In this document: positions 59,558 through 64,000 of the stretch, in pieces
Layout: every line of letters starts with the position of its first letter
How positions within the stretch are numbered: position 1 is the stretch's first letter
Origin: a bacterium
GTDB lineage: Bacteria; Zhuqueibacterota; Zhuqueibacteria; Residuimicrobiales; Krinioviventaceae
Length of the DNA stretch: 64,000 nucleotides
NCBI GenBank assembly: GCA_963675755.2
Contig: CAXXMD010000003.1
Location: 2,976,001-3,040,000 of the forward strand
Direction: 5' to 3'
Made by a program: the position numbers and the translations under genes
Notes under the pieces: model-generated
Seen by the model: the letters and a program-made list of their open reading frames with translations, nothing else
Database searches by the model: none
Told to the model about the DNA's origin: nothing

Positions 59558-61165
59558 ATGAAAACGGATTATTATAAAATAGTTGTAGTATTGGGTACCT
59601 TGCTGGTACTCTATCTGCATTTATGGGGTATTGACAGACTCGTGCTGGGTAGTGATGAACTGCACCCCGCAAGGGCGTTAATCAGTGATGACTGGAGTCT
59701 GACTGTACATCCCTGGCCGGCAGATGCTGTTCGTGAGTATTATGACAACTGGCCCATTCAGTTTCCTCCTTTGTTTGGATTAATGGTACGTGCTGCTGTT
59801 GTCTTGTTGGGTGTTACCCATGTGGCTTTGCGTATTGTTCCTGCTATTTTTTCATTGTTGGCAATTGGCGCCATTTTCTTACTGTTCAAGCAGTTTCTGA
59901 AAAATGGCTATGTTTTTGGATTCACACTTTTGCTTGCAATGCTATCCGACAAGATGCTAATCTATGCCAAATCCCTAAAACATTATACGCTGGATATCTT
60001 TTTTGCCACGTTGATACTTGCATTTGGTAAAATGCTGGGAGACCGGTTTGAAAATAAGACGTGGATTGGGTTTACAATCATATCCGCTATAAGCATTTGG
60101 TTTGCTTTTGCATCAATCTATGCTGTTGCCGCAGTGTATTTGTTCTTGTTTGTGCGGTATGTCTTTTTAAAACAGCATCGAAATAGTGGTTTTTGGTACA
60201 AGATCATTCTATCCGGTTTGGTGTTCACCGCATCTTTTGCGGGATTGTATGTAACCAGTATTTCCAATGCAGTCTCTAATCCGGTTTTTCTTAAAGAATG
60301 GCTGGTACAGATTTTCCAGTGGGACCGTGCAACCGATTTGGGATACCTGGTAAAATATTTTGGGCATGTTGGCAAGCATGTTTTGATTCTTCCTGCATAT
60401 TTCTTTTTTGATTCTCTTCTGGTTGCATTGATTGGTGATATTTTGATCGCAGTTTGGATTTGGGACCGCTTTAAACAAAAACAATGGGATAAGGTGCTAT
60501 TACTGGTAACACCGTTGTTGTTGGTTATATTGGCTTCTTTGGCGGGCAAGTACCCGTTCTCAGCAGGGCGGTTGACTCTGTTTTTAATGCCAGCCTGGTC
60601 GGTTATGATGCTGCTGGGAGCCCAAATAGTATATGCACGTTTAAAAGCTAAACAAATCTGGTTTGGGCGGATAGCCATCGTTGCTGTTACCGCTTTGGTT
60701 TTGACAGGTGTTTGGCTTAATATTAACAATGTATCTAATTTGAAATATTCTGGCGGCAGAAATGTTGATCAGTTAATGTATGCATTGAAAGCAAATGCGC
60801 AAGATGGCGACACGGTTTATGTTCACTGGGGCGCTATAATGCCATTTTATTTTTATTTTACAGATCACCAACCGGGTTATCAAAACGAGTACCCCATACG
60901 TTCCGCGAACGAAAAAATACATGTGATCTGGGGTGAAGAGCATACACTGCATCCTGAAAATAACGAACCTTTGTTTGAGCGTATTGAACAGGTACCCGGT
61001 AGATTGTGGATTACCTTTGGACATTTATGGCCCACAAAGGATATGAAGTTGTTAGAAACTCGTTTGAATGAAAAACGAACATTATTAGAAGAAAAGTCTT
61101 TTAAAGGCTGCAAATTATTATTATATGATAAATTGCCGTCTGATAAAGCTGAGAATAGAAATTAA
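59558..61165 (+). CDS. GT-C (ArnT/PMT-like) membrane glycosyltransferase
   Basis: First-loop GSDE, FPPLF, LRIVP, KHYTLD, YPFSAGRLTLF, C-terminal soluble domain. Confidence 0.72.
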   Translation: MKTDYYKIVVVLGTLLVLYLHLWGIDRLVLGSDELHPARALISDDWSLTVHPWPADAVREYYDNWPIQFPPLFGLMVRAAVVLLGVTHVALRIVPAIFSLLAIGAIFLLFKQFLKNGYVFGFTLLLAMLSDKMLIYAKSLKHYTLDIFFATLILAFGKMLGDRFENKTWIGFTIISAISIWFAFASIYAVAAVYLFLFVRYVFLKQHRNSGFWYKIILSGLVFTASFAGLYVTSISNAVSNPVFLKEWLVQIFQWDRATDLGYLVKYFGHVGKHVLILPAYFFFDSLLVALIGDILIAVWIWDRFKQKQWDKVLLLVTPLLLVILASLAGKYPFSAGRLTLFLMPAWSVMMLLGAQIVYARLKAKQIWFGRIAIVAVTALVLTGVWLNINNVSNLKYSGGRNVDQLMYALKANAQDGDTVYVHWGAIMPFYFYFTDHQPGYQNEYPIRSANEKIHVIWGEEHTLHPENNEPLFERIEQVPGRLWITFGHLWPTKDMKLLETRLNEKRTLLEEKSFKGCKLLLYDKLPSDKAENRN

Positions 61166-61180
61166 GGACAGATACCGTTT

Positions 61181-62311
61181 ATGAGTAGTAAACGAAAAAT
61201 CAATGTTCTTCAACTTGTTGAAGGTCTGGGAAATGCCGGTGCTGAAAAGAAGCTATGGGAACTGGTACACCGTATGGATAAAGACCGTTTTAACACACTG
61301 GTTTGTGATCTGGGTGTTGGACCGGTACAGCAGCCTGAACAATTGGAAAAATTGGGTCTAAGACATGTAACCCTGAAAAGAAGAACTCAGTTTGATATAT
61401 CACTAATCTGGCGTTTGCGAGATTTGATCCGTGAGGAAAAGATTGATGTTATTATGACCACTTTGTTTTATGCCGATTTTATGGGCGCGCTTGTGGGCAA
61501 GTGGGCAGGAGCAAAAGCCGTTTTCTCATGGGAGACCATATCTTCACCTTACTGGCTGGTCCCCAGGCGCTGGTATCCGTATCGTGCGGCAATTAAACGA
61601 GCCGACATGGTAATATCTGTATCTCAGGCGACTGCTAAATGGCTGATTGAGGATCGTAAAGTATCTCCGCGGCAAGTCATGGTAATTCCTTATGGCGTTG
61701 ATCTGGACAAGTTTAAACGCATACCTGATCCTGAGCTAAAAAAGGAATTGGGTATTCCGGAAAATGTGCCTATTATAGGTATGGTGGCCCGCTTGCAGGA
61801 GCAAAAAGGGCATATCTATTTGTTTGAAGCTGCGAAAAAGATTTTAAAAGAGGTACCCAATACCCATTTTGTTTTGGCTGGTGGCGGCCCGGATGCTGAG
61901 AAATTGCAGCAACAGGTGAAGGATATGGGGCTGGGTGAGCATTTTCATTTTCTGGGTTACCGAACCGATGTATACAGAATTTTACGTATTTTTGACGTGT
62001 TTACGCTGCCTTCATTATTTGAAGGATTACCAAATGTTGTGCTGGAGGCCATGTCCAGCGGATTACCGGTAGTCGCCACACCGGCAGATGGTACCAAAGA
62101 AGCGGTTGTTCCGGGTGAAACTGGTATATTGGTACCTAAAAAGGAACCGGAACCCCTTGCCGATGCACTATTGGATATGTTGAAAAATCCTGATAAAGCC
62201 AGATTGTTGGGCGATAAGGGACGTAAAAGAGTGGAAGAAGAATTTTCTTTGCAAATGCAGGTCAATCGATTTCAGGATCTGTATGAAGAATGGACATACA
62301 AAAATCAGTGA
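61181..62311 (+). CDS. Glycosyltransferase family 4
   Basis: GAEK, ARLQEQKG, PSLFEGLPNVVLEAM. Confidence 0.9.
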   Translation: MSSKRKINVLQLVEGLGNAGAEKKLWELVHRMDKDRFNTLVCDLGVGPVQQPEQLEKLGLRHVTLKRRTQFDISLIWRLRDLIREEKIDVIMTTLFYADFMGALVGKWAGAKAVFSWETISSPYWLVPRRWYPYRAAIKRADMVISVSQATAKWLIEDRKVSPRQVMVIPYGVDLDKFKRIPDPELKKELGIPENVPIIGMVARLQEQKGHIYLFEAAKKILKEVPNTHFVLAGGGPDAEKLQQQVKDMGLGEHFHFLGYRTDVYRILRIFDVFTLPSLFEGLPNVVLEAMSSGLPVVATPADGTKEAVVPGETGILVPKKEPEPLADALLDMLKNPDKARLLGDKGRKRVEEEFSLQMQVNRFQDLYEEWTYKNQ

Positions 62312-62327
62312 GTACAGGAGTGGTTTG

Positions 62328-63587
62328 TTGAAAGTATTAATGATACACAAGTTTCACTATATTGAGGGCGGTGCGGAACGTTATGTTTTTAACCTGAGCG
62401 AGTTGTTGGAGAAAAAGGGGAATACGGTTATCCCGTTTTCGATGCATCATCCTAAAAATTTAGACTCTCCTTACGCTGATCATTTTGTATCTTATTTTAA
62501 TCCGGACCAGTTACGTAACAGTGAATCTTTGATGCAGACATTCAAAGTTGCGGGACGTGTGATATATAACAAAGAAGCACAAGACAAACTGGCAGATTTG
62601 ATAAAAGAAACAAAACCGGATATTGCACATATACACAGTATATATCATCATATATCACCATCAATATTTAAAACATTAAAAGAGTTTAATATACCTGTAA
62701 TTCTTACTTTACATGATTTCAAACTGGTTTGTCCCAATATTGTATTTCTCGATGGAAAAGATCAGGTTTGTGAAAAATGTCAGGGAAAATATTTCTGGAA
62801 TGCTACATTCAAAAAATGTTTTAGAAACTCTTATGGCGCAAGTTTGCTGGCAACGGTGGAAGCTACCGTACATTATCTGTTAAAGTCTTATCGCGGTAAT
62901 GTAGACATGTTCCATTCACCCAGTGCATTCCTGGCAGAGAGAATTTCCAAATACGGATATGGGCATAAACCGGTCAAGGTTTTACCCTATACTCTGGATG
63001 TTGAAGCGTTTGAACCCAAACATGAACCCTCTGATTATTTTGTCTATGCGGGCAGAATGTCTGTAGAAAAGGGTGTTTTGTTTTTGGTAGATGCAATGCG
63101 TCAAGTTAAAGGAAAACAATTGTATCTGATTGGCACAGGACCACTGGATGAGGAGATTCGTACCCGGATCCAGGAATATGGATTGGATAATGTTAAACAA
63201 TTGGGATACAAATCCGGAAAGGAACTGCAAGAGATTATTTCCGGAGCAGCATTTACGGTAATGCCGTCATTATGTCATGATAATTCACCACTGGCAATCT
63301 ATGAATCATTGTCCCTGGGCAATGCTATTTTAGGTTCTGACAATGGTGGAATACCGGAATTAATTAATGATGGAATAGATGGATATATTTTTAAAGCGGG
63401 CGATGTGAATGATTTTGCGGCCAAAGCGGAAAAGCTCATTAATGATCCACAGGCTGCAATAGAAATGGGGAAACGGGGTCGGGAAAAAGCCCTGCAAATG
63501 TTCTCACCTGATGAACACTATGAACAGATAAAAGCACTATATGATCAAACCATAACGTTAAAAAAGAAAGGTGCTGCCGGAAAATAA
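62328..63587 (+). CDS. Glycosyltransferase family 4
   Basis: GGAERY, TLHDFKLVCP, GRMSVEKG, DNSPLAIYES; probable TTG start 7 nt after GGAG (ORF track start 62283). Confidence 0.88.
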   Translation: MKVLMIHKFHYIEGGAERYVFNLSELLEKKGNTVIPFSMHHPKNLDSPYADHFVSYFNPDQLRNSESLMQTFKVAGRVIYNKEAQDKLADLIKETKPDIAHIHSIYHHISPSIFKTLKEFNIPVILTLHDFKLVCPNIVFLDGKDQVCEKCQGKYFWNATFKKCFRNSYGASLLATVEATVHYLLKSYRGNVDMFHSPSAFLAERISKYGYGHKPVKVLPYTLDVEAFEPKHEPSDYFVYAGRMSVEKGVLFLVDAMRQVKGKQLYLIGTGPLDEEIRTRIQEYGLDNVKQLGYKSGKELQEIISGAAFTVMPSLCHDNSPLAIYESLSLGNAILGSDNGGIPELINDGIDGYIFKAGDVNDFAAKAEKLINDPQAAIEMGKRGREKALQMFSPDEHYEQIKALYDQTITLKKKGAAGK

Positions 63588-63632
63588 ATTCCGGGATCAT
63601 TTTGTAAATATACTGATACACTCTTGTTTTCA

Positions 63633-63648
63633 TGGCATTGTCTTTGCA
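63633..63648 (+). promoter_or_regulatory. Sigma54 -24/-12 promoter
   Basis: TGGCAT-TGTCT-TTGCA in the intergenic region upstream of the 63801 gene. Confidence 0.72.
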
Positions 63649-63800
63649 TTTTTACTGGAGAAATTGCTAAAAGTATATATAAAACAAATACTTATGGTTT
63701 ATTTTAAATTTCAAAATTGTATCAGCATGATTTGATTTGTTGAAACTGTTTTGTTTTGAAACACAAAGTGTTGATAAATTGATCTGGAGGTAATACTACC

Positions 63801-64000
63801 ATGTTGAAAAAAACGACAACCCTCACTTTTCAGATTGCTATTGCGGTCCTCCTGAGTTTTACCGCATTTGCATTTGCGCAGACCAGTGCAGACGACTTTG
63901 AGCGCGGAGACGGTGCTCTGGGTGCTAACTGGACCTCTGATACCGATCTGGTAATTGCCAGCGGTACGTTGCATAACCAAAGTGCAGGTTCTGACTGGTT
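63801..64000 (+). CDS. Secreted protein, 5' part only (runs off the window; absent from the ORF track)
   Basis: GGAGG RBS; MLKKTTTLTFQIAIAVLLSFTAFAFA-QTSADDFERGDGALGANWTSDTDLVIASGTLHNQSAGSDW; signal peptide ending AFA, no stop codon. Confidence 0.85.
   Translation, partial: MLKKTTTLTFQIAIAVLLSFTAFAFAQTSADDFERGDGALGANWTSDTDLVIASGTLHNQSAGSDW

Noticed and set aside
63466-63483. Possible third copy of the upstream motif (TGGGGAAACGGGGTCGGG) 167 nt before the third sigma54 site
   Set aside because: Little beyond TGGG matches, and it lies in coding sequence
1-64000. CRISPR arrays, rRNA/tRNA genes, prophage, integrase, exosortase or PEP-CTERM genes
   Set aside because: None seen; intergenic gaps are short and no such motifs or spaced repeats were found by eye

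Overview
Low-GC bacterial window in which every credible gene (about 55 CDS) lies on the + strand. 1-9.7 kb is envelope and housekeeping: an LpxH-like phosphoesterase, mreC-mreD-mrdA-rodA (no mreB), lgt, a beta-barrel/Ig-like protein, a CpoB-like TPR lipoprotein and glgA. From 9.9 kb to the window end (>54 kb, still open) is one very large Wzx/Wzy-type surface-polysaccharide locus. It holds a STAS-HTH regulator, Wza-like, Wzc, a priming transferase, 8 GT4, 6 GT2, 5 GT-C-type membrane transferases, 2 Wzx, a Wzy/WaaL-like protein, 2 UPF0104 flippase-like proteins, DUF2304, and many tailoring enzymes (acyl/methyl transferases, deacetylases, a GlpD-like FAD enzyme). Main unexplained signals: (i) three correctly spaced sigma54 -24/-12 promoters, one at the head of the locus and two in front of secreted proteins, with two sharing an 18-bp upstream motif; (ii) two unrelated secreted glycoside-hydrolase-like proteins that both end in the same orphan Fn3-first-strand-like tail (D-x-x-[AP]-P-x-x-P-[ST]-[GN]-[FV]-x-[LV]), a candidate docking or sorting tag; (iii) a multiplied lipid-phosphate-sugar/GT-C decoration system that includes a DxD-less GT2. 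An FCB-group host (KSB1/Calditrichota-like) is a guess from gene style. All calls come from motif reading; no database searches were run.
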